A stretch of DNA of 64,000 nucleotides from Hyaloraphidium curvatum SAG 235-1 (Eukaryota > Fungi > Monoblepharomycota). Each line of letters starts with the position of its first letter. Position 1 is the stretch's first letter. The notes beneath the pieces are model-generated. The model saw only the letters and a program-made list of their open reading frames with translations, searched no databases and was not told the origin of the DNA. The translations under genes and the position numbers were made by a program. Of the stretch, positions 33,319 to 45,933 are shown one piece after another. The stretch covers positions 1 through 64,000 of the forward strand of contig JAIVFI010000016.1 in the NCBI GenBank assembly GCA_025558095.1, read 5' to 3'.

Positions 33319-35029
33319 ATGGCGGAGCACTCCGCCGCGCCCGCCGACGGGGCCCCGGGCGGCCCGCCACCGCGGTGGACGCCGCGGCGCGAGCCCTCCA
33401 ATCCCGGCGAAATCCTGCTCGCGGCGCTCAAGTCGTCGGGCCGCTCGGCGCTGATCGCCTACTCGGCGCGCGCGTTCCTCACGCTGCTGCTGCGCGCCGC
33501 GCGCGGGCGGTTCTCGAAGGGCACCCTGCGCGAGGTGTTCGGCGGCGACGAGGCGCTGCGGTTCGCCAGGATGTTCGGCACCTTCACGTTCCTCTTCAAG
33601 GCGATCAACGGACTCGGCTGCTACGCCGCAATCGGCAGGGTGCCGCGCCGCGCGTCGCTGCGGGAGCCGGCGCACCTGGCGCCCGCCGCGCCGGGGGACA
33701 AGGCGCACCTCTCTCTGAGGTCGCCCGAGTTCGTCGTGGCGTCGGTCTCGGGGGCGGTGGCCGGGCTCGCCGCGCTGAAGCTGGAAAAACCAGATGAGCG
33801 CTTGGGGTGGGCGCAGCAGTTCTTTGTGCGCGGCATGCAGTGCCTCGTCGTGTTCCTTGCCCGGGAGCGCAACATCTACGTCCCTCATGGAGGTACGTGG
33901 TCATTGGGCTTCGGCACACCTTGCCTGCATGGGCCAAGCTCGTCGTCGCGAGCACTCGGGACTCATTCTCGCTCCCTCCAATCCCAGACTCCCTCGTCTT
34001 CATCCTCTCGTGCGCCCAGATCATGTACGCCTACATCCTCCGGCCCTCCACCATCCCGCCGGCCTACTACACCTGGATGGTCCGCACCGCGCGCGTCCCC
34101 CACGACGTGCTCGAGGTCAACCGCCGCAACATCCGCTACCTGGACACCCTGGACCGGGTCAAGTTCGGCCTGCCCCCCGAGTCGGGTACCGCCGAGGCGC
34201 TGCACGCTGCCATCAGCGCCGGCGCCGCCGACCCGATCATCTCCAAGGACCACATCCTCGCCGTCGCGCGCGGGCACCACTCCGGCCCGACGCGGTACGC
34301 CAAACTCGCGGAGACGATCGAGGCCAAGGGGCTGCCGCTGCCCATCGTGCCGTGCGAGCTGCTGCACGCCGAGGGCGAGCACGGGTGCCTTCGGTACAAC
34401 GCCGGGCTGTTCAACAAGGTGTTCTGGGAGATCGCGAGGGTCTACGCCGCGCTCAACGTGGTGCCGCTGATCGTGTTCGGCAGCCGGCGGCTCATGAAGG
34501 AGTGGGTCGACCCCCGGGCCCGGCTGCCCCGCTCTTCCTCACCCGCGCGTTCGGCAGGCCGCTCAAGGTCGCCCTCCGCCTCGTCGAAAGCACCGCCCGC
34601 TCCTCCACCTTCCTCGCCGTCTACGTCACCTCGTACATGCTCCTCGCCTGCCTCCTCCGCAACCTGCACCTCGCCAACCTTTTGACGCGGGACCACAAGG
34701 GGTTCTACTACCTCTTCGGGATCGTCTCGGCGTGCTCCATTTTCATCGAGCGGGAGGGGAGGAGGGGCGAGCTGGCGGCGTACGTGCTGCCCAAGGCCGC
34801 CGAGAGCGCGTGGAGGGTGTGGGCGGACAGGGGGGTGCTGCCGAGGTGGATTCCGGGGGGGGATTTCGCGCTGTTCGGGGCGGGGATGGGGCTGCTGATG
34901 GTGGGTTCCGGGGCGTCGCGAGATGGAGGCGGTCGTGCTGACCTGAATCTTGCGCAGGGATTCTACCAGACCGCGCCGGGGAACGTGAGCGGGTTGCTGT
35001 ACGCGCTGATGAGGAGGGTCGTCGCTTGA
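33319..35029 (+). CDS. TMEM135: Transmembrane protein 135 family (TMEM135/PXMP4-like), 3 introns
   Basis: SCAQIMYAYILRP..PPAY, RSSTFLAVY and IEREGRRGELAAYVLPKAAES. Confidence 0.85.
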
Positions 35030-35361
35030 TGAAGGTGTGGCACGGGACGAAGAGGTGGAAGGGCGACCGTTGGGGAGTGGACTTCTTGTACGTAATCTTT
35101 GAATCGCTTGATCCGCGTCTGCTTTGCTGTTCTTCGCCCCTTGTCCGAGAACCAACTGTTTCCTTTCTCGGACGGTCTGTCTGCTCGGCGGGCGCACGCT
35201 TGCGGAGCAATCCCGGAAAGCCGCCCGGCGAGAGTTCCGAGGATTCCGACGCGCGCAAAACACCCTCGAATCCGACGCCTTTGTGGCCCCCGGAACCCGC
35301 GAATAACCGCGGCAGACGCATTTCATTACGATCTTGTCTTCCACTCGGCGGTGGGCCCGCG

Positions 35362-36237
35362 ATGCCGGGCGCACCGGACCAACGCGGGGACGTTCCCGCC
35401 GACTCCGCTCGGACGTCGGCACCGACCGCACGACGAATCTGGCGCGTCGTTCGCCCCCTCCTCTCCCTCTTCTCGGTCGTCTTGTCCCTCGTATTCGTCA
35501 TCGCTATGGTCGCCTTCGCTTTCGCGCAGCCCTACGTGTGGTTCGCTTGGCATCCGATTTGCATGGGACTTTATCTCGCCCTCGCTGTCTGGGGAGTGCT
35601 CATTCTCGCCGAGCCCGACGGGGTTCCGACTGCAATTTCGAAAGAGGAGGGCGATGGGAGGCAGCCATTGCTGCAGGGGCCCGTGGCGCCGAGCTACGGA
35701 GCCGCCGGTGACAGGGACGCAGAAGGTGGATCTCCTGCGGCCCAACCCACGCCTGGAGCATTTGGACTGGGCAGAAAAACCCGTCTGACGCTGCACCTGG
35801 TGCTGCACTGCCTCGCCGTCGCCCTCTGCCTCGGCGGCCTCGCGGTCGCGGTAGCCTTCAAACTCGTCAACGCCAAGAGCCACTTCACCACCTGGCACGC
35901 CATCCTGGGCCTAGTTGGGACGTGCCTGTCGTCTCTGCAGCTGGTGTGGGGATTCCTGGCGAAGAACGATTCGGCGCTCGGACAGTGGGCAGCCCGAACT
36001 GGACGGAGCAATGCTTTCCAGGCGTTCCGGCGCTGGCACCGCAGGTCGGGCATTCTTGTTGCCATCGGCGTGGCGATAGCGGTATCGGCTCTGGGCATGT
36101 ACGAGCACTGGACCATGGGAGGTATCGCGGGTCTGTTCGGGAGGGAGGTGCCTATGGGACTCGTCCAGGGGCTGTTGGTCGGCCTTCTGGTTGCGATGTT
36201 CCTGGGTACTGCGGCGCAGGGCGGCTTGCGGCACTAG
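35362..36237 (+). CDS. Cytochrome b561 domain protein (CYB561D-like)
   Basis: Four heme His motifs within TM helices: FAWHPICM, TLHLVL, HFTTWHAILGL and RWHRRSG. Confidence 0.88.
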   Translation: MPGAPDQRGDVPADSARTSAPTARRIWRVVRPLLSLFSVVLSLVFVIAMVAFAFAQPYVWFAWHPICMGLYLALAVWGVLILAEPDGVPTAISKEEGDGRQPLLQGPVAPSYGAAGDRDAEGGSPAAQPTPGAFGLGRKTRLTLHLVLHCLAVALCLGGLAVAVAFKLVNAKSHFTTWHAILGLVGTCLSSLQLVWGFLAKNDSALGQWAARTGRSNAFQAFRRWHRRSGILVAIGVAIAVSALGMYEHWTMGGIAGLFGREVPMGLVQGLLVGLLVAMFLGTAAQGGLRH

Positions 36238-36323
36238 AACGGACGTGATTGATGACCACTAGAACAGAAAAGACAAAGCCAACAAACAGAAGTCAACACC
36301 CAGCATCCGAGTCACCAGCCTGC

Positions 36324-39300
36324 TCAATCCTCGTCCACCGTCGGCACGTCGGCCCCCGCATCCGGAGCAACGAGGCTCATCACCGCCACATCCACGTTGG
36401 AAAGCGACCTCCCGACCTCCGCCAGCTTCTTGTCCTGCGCGCTCACCACCATCCTCAGCAGCCGGTCGGGATCCATGTCCGAAGTCCCCGCCTCCGAGGA
36501 CGGCGCGCTGAAGTCCTTCTCCGGGAATCCGAGCCTCGAAAGCCACTCGTTGTACCGCGCCTGTCCCTCCAGGCCGGCGAACCACCGCAGGCACATCACC
36601 ATGGCGTTCTCGAACAGCGGCTGGGCGCTCAGCGAGTGTCGCTGGGCGTGACGCAGGTGCAGGAAGATGATGCGCGTGAGGCGATCGATGCGTGTGTGGA
36701 ACCAGCGCAGCATGCGGTGGTCGTTGACGTCGACTAGAAGAACGGGATGATGTCAGATCGGGAAAGGGACGCGGCGCACCGAGGACCCACATCCGGACTC
36801 CAACATCTTGGCCAACAGCCTGGAACCCATGATGGCGAAGCTTCCAGCCTCGATCCCGTCCGTGGAGCTGTACCATGCCGGCTCCGGATCCATCGAAGGC
36901 GGCGGGCCCCTGGCACTTGCCTGGAACTCGTAGTTCCAGATCTGGTCGCCACTTAAGGGTTAGGCAGGCAATCAAACATCGTCTCGAGAGACAGACACCC
37001 ACGAAAATGCCGATCATCGACATGAGGACCGAGTCGCAGATCGTTGGGCACCTCCCCAGCAAGGCGAAAAGGTCGCCGATCCTGCCTTCCGCCTCCATCT
37101 TCCTCATCTCCGGTGGCAGCGCGTCGACCACCTCCTTGATCATCGCCCGCAGCCGGAGCACCTCGGCGCGGATCCAGGGCGCGGTCCTGAAGCCGATCGG
37201 GTACACGTTGGGCAGGCCGGCTTCGAGCGCCCTGCGGCGGAGCTCGATCCACTTGCGCTCGACGGCGATGCAGTGGTGCAGGGCAAAGTGCGCCCCAACG
37301 CGGAAGATCTGGTTCGGGATCGGCCGTTAGACCCTGATTGCGACTTCCTTCTGCAGTCTACCAACGTCACCGACGGTAGCAGCGAGAAGCTCCCCCCTCC
37401 TCTCGGGCGAAATGTCCTGTGCCATCCACTCGACCGCCAGTAACGTCGGCACGACCGGCAGGATTCGCAGCGGTGCCGCGGCGGGCGTCGGTTCCGCCAC
37501 GGAAATCTCGCCGCTGTAGGCAATCCGACCAAAGTCCACGAACTCGAAGTCGCGGCCGTCGAAGGGAACGGGCACCTCGTCGACCTCCATCGGCGGGTAC
37601 TGCAGCTTGGAACCGATGAGGTCGGCCGACCACAGGTCACAACCAAGGCCTGTCGGAAGCCGGCATCAGCGAGCACGCCAATCACGGCGCAAGACCCACA
37701 GTAGAAGTAGCACCCGGCAAACTCGGTGAGCAGAACCACCTCCTCCCTCTCCGCCGGCCCGAGCTTGGCCAGCCTCTCGGGGCTAATCAAGGTCGCCGAC
37801 AGCGACTTTGCCGGCGGGAACGGCGGCACGATCCCCTCGGCTGCCATCCACGCGTCGATGTCGGCAATGTGCGCTGGCGGCCCGGCCTTGCGCCCCGCGG
37901 GCTCGGTGAGCATCGTCACGACCCCCCTGATCCACCCCCGCAGCGCGACCCCCGCCAGCCGCGCCATCCGCACCGCGAGGTTCACCAGCGCGACCATGTT
38001 CTTCTCCCCGCCCGCCTTTTCCGAGAAGTTGAGGCCCAGCACGAGCGCCTGGATGATTGGCACCGTCCGTTTCGCCAGCGCGAAGCCCGGGCCCTTGCCA
38101 CCCGCCGAGCTCCGCCCGACGACCGTCAGCCCCCCACCCCACGCCCAGTTGGACCCGTCGGCGTCGCCTTCGGGCAGCGCAGCCTGCAGGTCGGTCATTG
38201 CCCGGTACAGCCCCCCGACCAGCACCATCCTCGCCCTGTCCGAGACCGCCCTGCGCGCCCGCGGCGTGAGCTCCGGGTGCAGCGCCCCGCGGTCCCACAC
38301 GCACGCGCCCCAGAGCGCGGTCCAGAGCAGCGGGCCGCCCGATGGGGCGCCCGAAAGGCACGTGTCGCTGAAGCGGTGCTTCTGGATGACGGCGGTGCGG
38401 CCAAACTCGGCGTAGCATTCCCTTCGGGTTCCGCCGATGTGAGTTTCTGCAACGGTGGGACGCCCAGGAGACCACCCACCAGAACCGGTTGATCATCCAG
38501 AAGATGCCTTCGGACGACGGCAGCGTCGCGTCGTGCTGCGAGAGCGGTAGTGGCACCACGGTCTCCGCCTGCTCCTCCTCGAACACCTCCCCCGCCACCT
38601 CCTCCGCCTTGACGACCACCTCCCGGAACGCGCCGCGCCCAGGGTCGTCGTTGAGCAGGAACGAGACGCTGGCCGAGGGACTCCTGCGCAGCGGCAGCGG
38701 AAGGTCGTCTGCCGGCAGGGAGGGGAACTCGGATACGATGGCAGCCAGCGGGCCGAGGCCATCAGTGAGGGGCGACCAGGAGCCCGAAGGGGAGGGGTTG
38801 TAGACGAGGCCGGAAAAGGGCGACATCGGGGAGGGTGCTTGGGCAGCCTGGAACGGGTGCGCCAACGGAGAGGCATTCATGAGGGGAGAGAAGGATGTCT
38901 GCTGCGGCGGGAAGGAGAGCGAAGGCTGGCTGACGGCGTTCGTGGCGAACGAAGAGTAGGCGAGTGGGGAAGTGACGGGTTGCGGTTGGCGGGCCTGGAT
39001 CATGAAGCCGGGCTGTTGGCCGAAGTAAAGACGCTGATGTCCGGCGAAAGCAGCGTTTCCCTGAGCAGCGCCTTGGAAGCCCCATTGAGTAGGGAGAGAC
39101 GGGGGGAACCCGATGTTCTGCGTCGCCACGAGACCGGGTGCGCTGGGCGCGGAGATTCCGGGGTAGTTGGTGATAGTCGATACCACGGAAAAGGAGGGTT
39201 GCGGGGAGAACGAAAGGTTGGTCATCGTCGGGTACGACGACGAGGGGTACGGCGGCTGTTGGTAGGCCGTGGGTTGCGAAAAGCTCCAGCTCGAGGACAC

Positions 39301-40189
39301 GGCTGACGGACCTCCTGCGCCGCCAGAAAAAGTTTCAGTCACGCCTCGACGCAAGGCATGAGCTTCCAAATCTCACCCCCGTTCATCTGCGAGCCCCATG
39401 GTAAGGTTCCCGGCGAATTCATGGGCTCGGACGGCCCAGGAGATTCCACCGGCTGAGCCATCCGCGGCCGTTTCGCCCTCCCCTCCTTCCGTTCCTCCTT
39501 GATCTTGTCGACCTTGCTCTCCATCTCGACAGCAGTCCTGAGCCCGACCGTAGCCGCCGGGTACACGCACTCGAGCCCGTGGCGCAGGCAGAACTCGCAC
39601 GGCGTCATGCCGTCCATCTCCGGCGCGTCGGCGTCGGGGCTGGCGTCCTCGGCGGGGCGCTTCTTGGCAGGACGACTGCGGAAAATGGGCTTGCCGCCCT
39701 CGCAGGCACGCTTGCGCCTCTTGCACTCTGGAAGGCGGTTCAGACCGGGGCATGGGCTCGGAGGTCAGGCACGGAAACCCACCGACGCAGGCCCATCTCG
39801 CGCGCCGCTGCTTCCCCGCCCCGTCGCCGTCGCCGTCCTCGGGCGCCACCACGCCGCTGGACGCGGTCCACTTTGTGCACGGCCGCGCCTTCTCCCTGCA
39901 GCGCGTGCAGCGCGGGTCGGCGGTGTCCTCCGGCCACAGACAGCGGGCCTTGGCCAGCCTGCACTCCTTGCTGTTGAATACAAAGTCGCAATAGACGAAT
40001 TGCGGCGAAATTCGGGGCGGAGGCGGCGTCGAATGTGCCGGGGCGCGGGCGGCAGGTCAGCGGGGGACGCCATCTCCGCGGGCGGCGCGCCCACCAGGGC
40101 TTGTTCCGCGCCTGCTGCGCGCCGGTCGCGCCTTGCGGAGTGCCGGGCACCGCATCCCGCGCACCGGCGGCCCCCGGTGGGGACTCCAT
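36324..40189 (-). CDS. Fungal Zn(II)2Cys6 transcription factor with two zinc clusters, multi-intron
   Basis: Splicing gives PC|KECRLAKARC..CTRCREKARPC and ACV|ECKRRKRAC..CEFCLRHGLECVY, then an S/P/Q-rich region and a helical C-terminal region. The 3' exon structure is less certain. Confidence 0.78.
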
Positions 40190-40364
40190 CGGGCGGCCGG
40201 GTGGCGGTGATGGTGCCGCCGTGGGCTGGCTCCGCGAGGCGTTGCCGCCGCTGCGGCCTCATCCGTCTCGCAATGGGACACGGCTAAGTAAATGCAATCA
40301 GCAAAATACATGCGGGCAATAAAAACATAAGAGTTACAACCAGAACGTCCGCGAACTGAATGGC

Positions 40365-41396
40365 TTATCGCCCTCCGGCACCAGCGGCCGCGCCTCCCGA
40401 CCGGAAGGCAAGCCAAGCCCTCCACAGCGCCTTCCTGGAGACATACAAGCGGACCAGCATCACCTCGACAAGCGCATGTGCACCCATGTTCGGTTCCGCG
40501 ACCAGTACGGGCCGGATCTCCTCGGTGAAGTGGTGCAATTGCTGGAGCCGCAATGTCAATGCCGATGCTCCAGGTCGGTACAGGGTAAGAACCTACAGTG
40601 ATGACCTGTTGCGCATGCGTGCCTTTGGCATTGTCCCAAAGCAGCTGCTTGGGGAGCTCGAAGGGAGCCTCCAAGTGAGCGGAGCTTGGGGCCGCTGCGT
40701 CCCCCGCCTCCTCGGGATCCCGGCACGCCGACATCGAAAGCACAACCTTCAGCTCCACACCACCCCTTTGTAGCATCGCTGCCGGCAAGGTTACCCCGAG
40801 AAAGCTGGTTCCTAGCAGCAGCCCCTCGTGGTGGTCGTCCATTGCCGAAGCAGGGCGGCACGCGTCCGGAAACCCGCTCTCCGGGTCCGAAAACAAGTAA
40901 TCGAGGATCTCCAGGCATTGCGGCAGCTTTGGCCTGAGGACGAACTTGGGAACTGCGGAGCAGGGTGCGTCCCGATCCCCGAGGACCAGCGCGAACGGCT
41001 CCCGCTCGCGCGCCCTCATCTCCCCCTCCTCCAAGGCCGGGAGCGTGCCGTCCCTGCAAAACAATCGTCAGCTTGCATCCTGGCCACTCGCGATGCACCG
41101 GCGACGCACCTCCCGGGGAGCACCTCCAACCCGGCCCTCCAACCGCAGGTCCGCAGATCCCACTCGAACTCCCTCCCCAGCCTCTGCAGCTCCCCCGCGA
41201 GGACGATCAACATCCGCTTTGAGCACCGGGCCAGGGCAATAAGGGAGCGCGGGTCCAGGAGGCGGGCGAATGCGAGTAGCATCTCGCCGGGGAGCGCCGG
41301 GAGCGAGGTCGATTCGGGCGGCGAGGTGAGGTCGGGGGCTGCTGATGCCCGGGCAGCGGGAAGCACGGAGCTGGGGAATGGTTGCGAGCCGTCCAT
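40365..41396 (-). CDS. F-box domain protein, 2 introns
   Basis: LPALPGEMLLAFARLLDPRSLIALARCSKRM is an F-box. Two ~55-nt GT-AG introns restore one frame to TAA at 40365. Confidence 0.7.
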
Positions 41397-41563
41397 TTCC
41401 GATGGGACAGGCGAGAGTCGGCGAGGAGAGCGCCGGGGACGGAGGTTGAGTCCCCGCCTTGGACCTCTCAGATACGCCGAGCTCGACTTGGCACACGGCG
41501 ACTTCGAGCGGCAGACGACTCTAATCCAATTCTACAACGCGCATTACACTCTCGAGGGTGCTT

Positions 41564-42319
41564 TCATTGCTGCGGTTGTTGCTCCTCCAGGCGGCGCTTG
41601 GCCATCATCACGCGGTACCGCTTGTCGGCGAGCCTGCGTGCCAGGCGATCGTGCTTGGGCCCAGGCGTGAACGTCGGCTTGCGCTTCTTGGTGGTCTGCC
41701 GGGGATCCGATCAGGCCCGATGCGGGTACGAGTTTGCGCAAAGTCCCACCTTGGTTGTTTTCTTGGGCGCAAGCGCGATCGTGAGGGGCGCAGGCGCCTG
41801 CCCGTTGGGGTTGCTCCTGAACGTCGCCAGCGGCACGTCGTCCTCGCTGGCCAGCGCGACCCCGTAGTCCGTGCGCGGCTTCAGCCTGGCGTTGATGGAG
41901 AATGTGCCGTCGGCGGTGCTGGTGCCGGTGCCGCCCGAGCGCTCCCAGCCGCCGTCGTCGTCGCGGGTGATCACAGCGAGGCGCACGCCGGCGAGGGGGG
42001 CGTCGGTGTTGGGGTTGTAGGCGCCGTTGCCGTTGTTGTCGGTGAAGATGCGGCCGCGGACCTGTCGGGGCGCGGAACTCGTCAGGACGCCCCACCGGGG
42101 AGCAATCTCACAGGGCGCAAGCCGAGGAGTTCAACTCACCACGGACAGGGGCCCCGAGCCGTAGTTGTCGTCGTCGTCGTCGTCGTCGTCCCCGTCTTCC
42201 CCATCGTCGTCGTCGTCGCCCTTGGGCTTGGCGGCCGCCGGCGCGGCGAGCAGCGACAGCGCGGCGAGCACGAGGAAGAGGGCAAACAGGGTGCGCTGCA
42301 GCGACCAGATGGAGGCCAT
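41564..42319 (-). CDS. Secreted protein with Asp-rich linker and SdrD-B/CnaB-like domain; introns 42062-42139 and 41696-41749
   Basis: Signal peptide, poly-Asp, VRGRIFTDNNGNGAYNPNTDAPLAGVRL..GTSTADGTFSI, then a basic tail. Confidence 0.75.
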
Positions 42320-43505
42320 GGCGTTTTCTCTCGCGGGGGGCGGGGCTGTGCCGAGGTCCGGCGAGGATCAGGGGGGCGCCTCCGAGTCAGTTCCTCGTTC
42401 GTGCGGCGGGATCGTCGACGTGCGCACCGTGGCTGTGGCGTCGGCGGGCTCCCTCCCTCGTTGGAGCGGAATGGGCGGCTGCTCGCGAGTGCGCGCTTTT
42501 ATGGGACCGGGGGTCGGGCCTCGATCGGGTCGGGGCTATGTCCGCCATCGGGCGGTGTTTGTGCCTTGCCGCAACACGTCCACGTCATTGGCGCGGCGGA
42601 ATCCGGGGATGCCGCATGTTCTCGCCCCCGCCTCGCCGACCTCCGCAACCCCCGGCCGCTCGGTTTGCAACATGCGGAGCGCCACCTAAACAATCTATTG
42701 AATCTCTTTCGGAGGTCCCGCTGCGTCCGCGGCGCGACCGACGTCGCCGGCGCGGTGTCCCCGGCGAAACGGCACAGCCCTGGCCTTGGGACGCCGCATC
42801 CCCAAATTCGCGTTTTGCCCCCGCGGTCCCCCAAATACTGCGGTGGTTTTGGCGGGCGGCGCATGACGTCGGATGTAGGCGGAAACCGAAGGCCGCGGAC
42901 GGGGGCCGGGGATGCTTGGGCCGGTAGTAGCGGCGGGCGGTGCAGACCGACCGGGTGTCTGCGGCAGGCACCGTGGGGCACGGCACCCCCGGTCGCCAAG
43001 ATAAGGGCGGTGCATCCGTGCGGCGCGGCGCTAGTCGCCACCGAGTTTCGAGTTTGGCCCAGTCCCCGTCCGCCGCGCTCGCGTCGAGCCGACGGCAGGA
43101 AGCCGGCCGTGCACGGACGACCACCAGGGCGAGGCAGGCTCACGACTGCGCTCCTTTTCACCGTTCTGCTTCCGATGGATTAACAAGCCGGTGGTATCCC
43201 GCGACACCCTCGTTTCGTCCATCGGCGCCTTCGCAGTTGTACACAGTAGCACTCCATTCGGGGGGCCCGGCCAACCGAGAATCCACTCCTGTCCGATGCT
43301 CGATCTTTTCCTTCCAGAAAATCCATTGCGTGCGCCTGTTCCACCCGGATTCCCGATCCACCCGGGATGCCGCCCTCCTTGCCCGAGCTCCATCCGGGAG
43401 CCGACCGACCGGCCAGCGGCGCAATGCCACCCGCGCAATTCCCCCCCCTTACGGCTCCTCTCCTCGCGGCCTCCCTCCCCGCCGCCGCGGAGCCACCGGT
43501 CCGGC

Positions 43506-44540
43506 ATGCCCCGCCCCGCGCTCCTCCTGGCGCTCGCCGCCCTGGTCGTCGCGGGGAGCGGGGCATGGGCGCCGACGCCCGTCGCGGGCGCGGGACGCGC
43601 CGGGCCCGAGCTAGGCGAGCTTCGCCGGCACGCGGAGCCTGGAGGATGGCCATCTGACGCGCACCGCCCAGACTACGCCCGCAACCGCGCCGTCCTGGCC
43701 CGGATCGCCGCGCAGGCCTCCTTCGACGCGTACGGATCCCCGCCCGACCGCTACGGATTCCCCGTTGCCGACCGCGAGGGGCATTGCGCCAACGCCAGCT
43801 TCGTCCGGCGGTTCCGCAACAACGAGGTGGCCGTGTACGAGGACGCGGGCGCGGGCTGGCAGGTGGTCGCGTTCCGCGGGACCGACGCCGATTTGGAGGA
43901 CTGGTGGGACAACGTCTGGATGAATTCGGAGGAGTGCGACCTCCGCGGGAGCTGCGGGAGGGTGCATTCGGGGTACTTTGCCGAGGTGCGGGTGCGGATC
44001 GACCAGATCCGGGCGGCGCTCGACCTGCAGGCGCACATGATGATCGTGGGCCATTCGCTGGGTGGGTGTCCGGCCCACGGACCGGCCGGCATGCCTGCGA
44101 AGCTGATCATCGCGCCCGGATTGTCTCCAGGGGGCGCCATGGCCATGCTGGCCGGCCTGTACCTCAGGCGGCGCGGCGTGCCCGAGGTCCACGTGGTCAC
44201 CTTCGGGCAGCCCAAGATCGCGCTGGCCGGGTTCGCCGAGGCCTTTGCGGCCGCGAACATCTCGACTTACGACCGCTACGTGGCGACCTGCGGAGGGGGC
44301 GCCATGTCGGACGAGTACGCGACACGGTGGTTCCCGGGGTACGAGCACCTCGGGCGGGAGATCGTGCTCGACGCGGGGAGCTGCGACGCGGTGTATCTCC
44401 ACGGGATCGACCTGTACCTGCGGCTTGTCGCCGCGGGGGACGGGGCGCGGACGTCCTGCGTCGATCCGCCTCGCAAGAGCGGGGATGGCGCGGGGTGCGG
44501 CTGCAGGGGATCCGACTCGTGCCTGGCGGTGCAGGATTGA
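43506..44540 (+). CDS. Secreted class 3 lipase, 1 intron
   Basis: Signal peptide, VVAFRGT, RVHSGY, VGHSLG|GAMA, VTFGQPK and YEHLGREI. Confidence 0.92.
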   Translation: MPRPALLLALAALVVAGSGAWAPTPVAGAGRAGPELGELRRHAEPGGWPSDAHRPDYARNRAVLARIAAQASFDAYGSPPDRYGFPVADREGHCANASFVRRFRNNEVAVYEDAGAGWQVVAFRGTDADLEDWWDNVWMNSEECDLRGSCGRVHSGYFAEVRVRIDQIRAALDLQAHMMIVGHSLGGCPAHGPAGMPAKLIIAPGLSPGGAMAMLAGLYLRRRGVPEVHVVTFGQPKIALAGFAEAFAAANISTYDRYVATCGGGAMSDEYATRWFPGYEHLGREIVLDAGSCDAVYLHGIDLYLRLVAAGDGARTSCVDPPRKSGDGAGCGCRGSDSCLAVQD

Positions 44541-44662
44541 TTCTGCAGCCAGGGCAATTGACTGTTGCTCCACGGTATGGGAACGACGTCGGGCCGATTG
44601 AACGTACTTGCAATTAGACAAAAGTACCATTACCCGCGCCCCGTCGCCCCGTGTCCGGCACC

Positions 44663-45724
44663 TCACAGCTTGCTTGCCTTCCCCCTCACGTACTCCCTCG
44701 CCGAATGCCCCGGCCTCGGGTACTGCACCGACTCGCCGTCCTCGCCCGCCACCACGAACGCCTGCCCCCTGATGCTTTCGTCCGTGATGCACCGGATCAC
44801 GGCGTCGGCGACGGCGCCGATGGGGGTGTACCCGCCGACGAGCTCGTAGAACGCGGGGAACATGCGGGCGAACTGCTCCTTTGTCCGCGGCGGTTCCTTC
44901 ACAGGTTGGGGAGAGGGATCAGTTCCCCGCGGAACCGGCGGCGGACGACGCACCCCGGGCTTGAGCCCCTCCTGCAGCAGCGGCGTGTACACCAGGCCGG
45001 GGCACACGGCGGCGCAGCGCACCCGCGACCTGCCGCGGGCGAGGATGTCCATGGTCGCCTGGAGCCCCTCGACGAAGGAGACCTGGGCGGCCTTGGTCGG
45101 CGCGTCTGCGCGGGCGGGGTCGGCATCCCGCCGGGGCGCGCCACGGGGGTGTACCCACACGAGAACCCGCCCCCCGCGGCGGTCGCCGTCCGTTCCGCGA
45201 GGTTCCCCAGGTGCATCCCCCCGATCGACGTGTTCCCGACAAACACCCCGGCCCTCTTCTCTTGATGCCAGTACGTCGCCGCCAGCCTCCCGAGCAGCAT
45301 GAACCCCACCAGGTTGCCTGCCACCCCGCGCATCCACGCGTCGTCCTGCGCCTTGGCGACCACCAGCGTCGGCACGGCGTCGTTGAACCCGGCGTTGGCG
45401 ACGACGGCGTCCAGCGCGCCCAGCGCGGCGACGGAGGCGGAGAAGGCCGCGCGGACCGAGCCGGGGTCGCACACGTCCAGCGGGACAAACACCGCCGCGG
45501 CGTCGCCGAACCGGGCGCGGAGCTCGGCGACCACCGCCGCGCCCTTCTTTTCGTTGCGGTTGGCGATGGCCACGCGGGCGCCCTGCGCGAGGAGGCGGTC
45601 GGCGATCTCGCGGCCGATGCCTGCGGGCGTCGCGGGGTCAGGCCCGCCAGCCGCACACGCGAAGCGGGCAGGACGCGCCTTCGGTGCCTCCGGTAACCAG
45701 CACCCGCGCTCCTTTAATCTCCAT
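44663..45724 (-). CDS. Short-chain dehydrogenase/reductase with PTS1 (SKL)
   Basis: VLVTGGTE|GIG, LDVCD, VVANAG, GYTP..TKAA (intron-split YxxxK), AVCPGLV and C-terminal SKL. Confidence 0.88.
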
Positions 45725-45933
45725 GGCGGGGACGGACGGCGGGATCGGGTTGTGGGGGACAGCGTTCCGCGGAACGTTCGCGCTTCCAAACACGAACCTT
45801 CGCCGGACGGTCAGCGGTCCGATCCCCCGAGAATCCCCCCCGAAAACCATTCCGAAGGAGATGCTTCCAATACATAGATGTCATTAATCAGCCAGGTCCC
45901 AAGCGCAACCCCCCACCACCTCCCCCGATCCAA

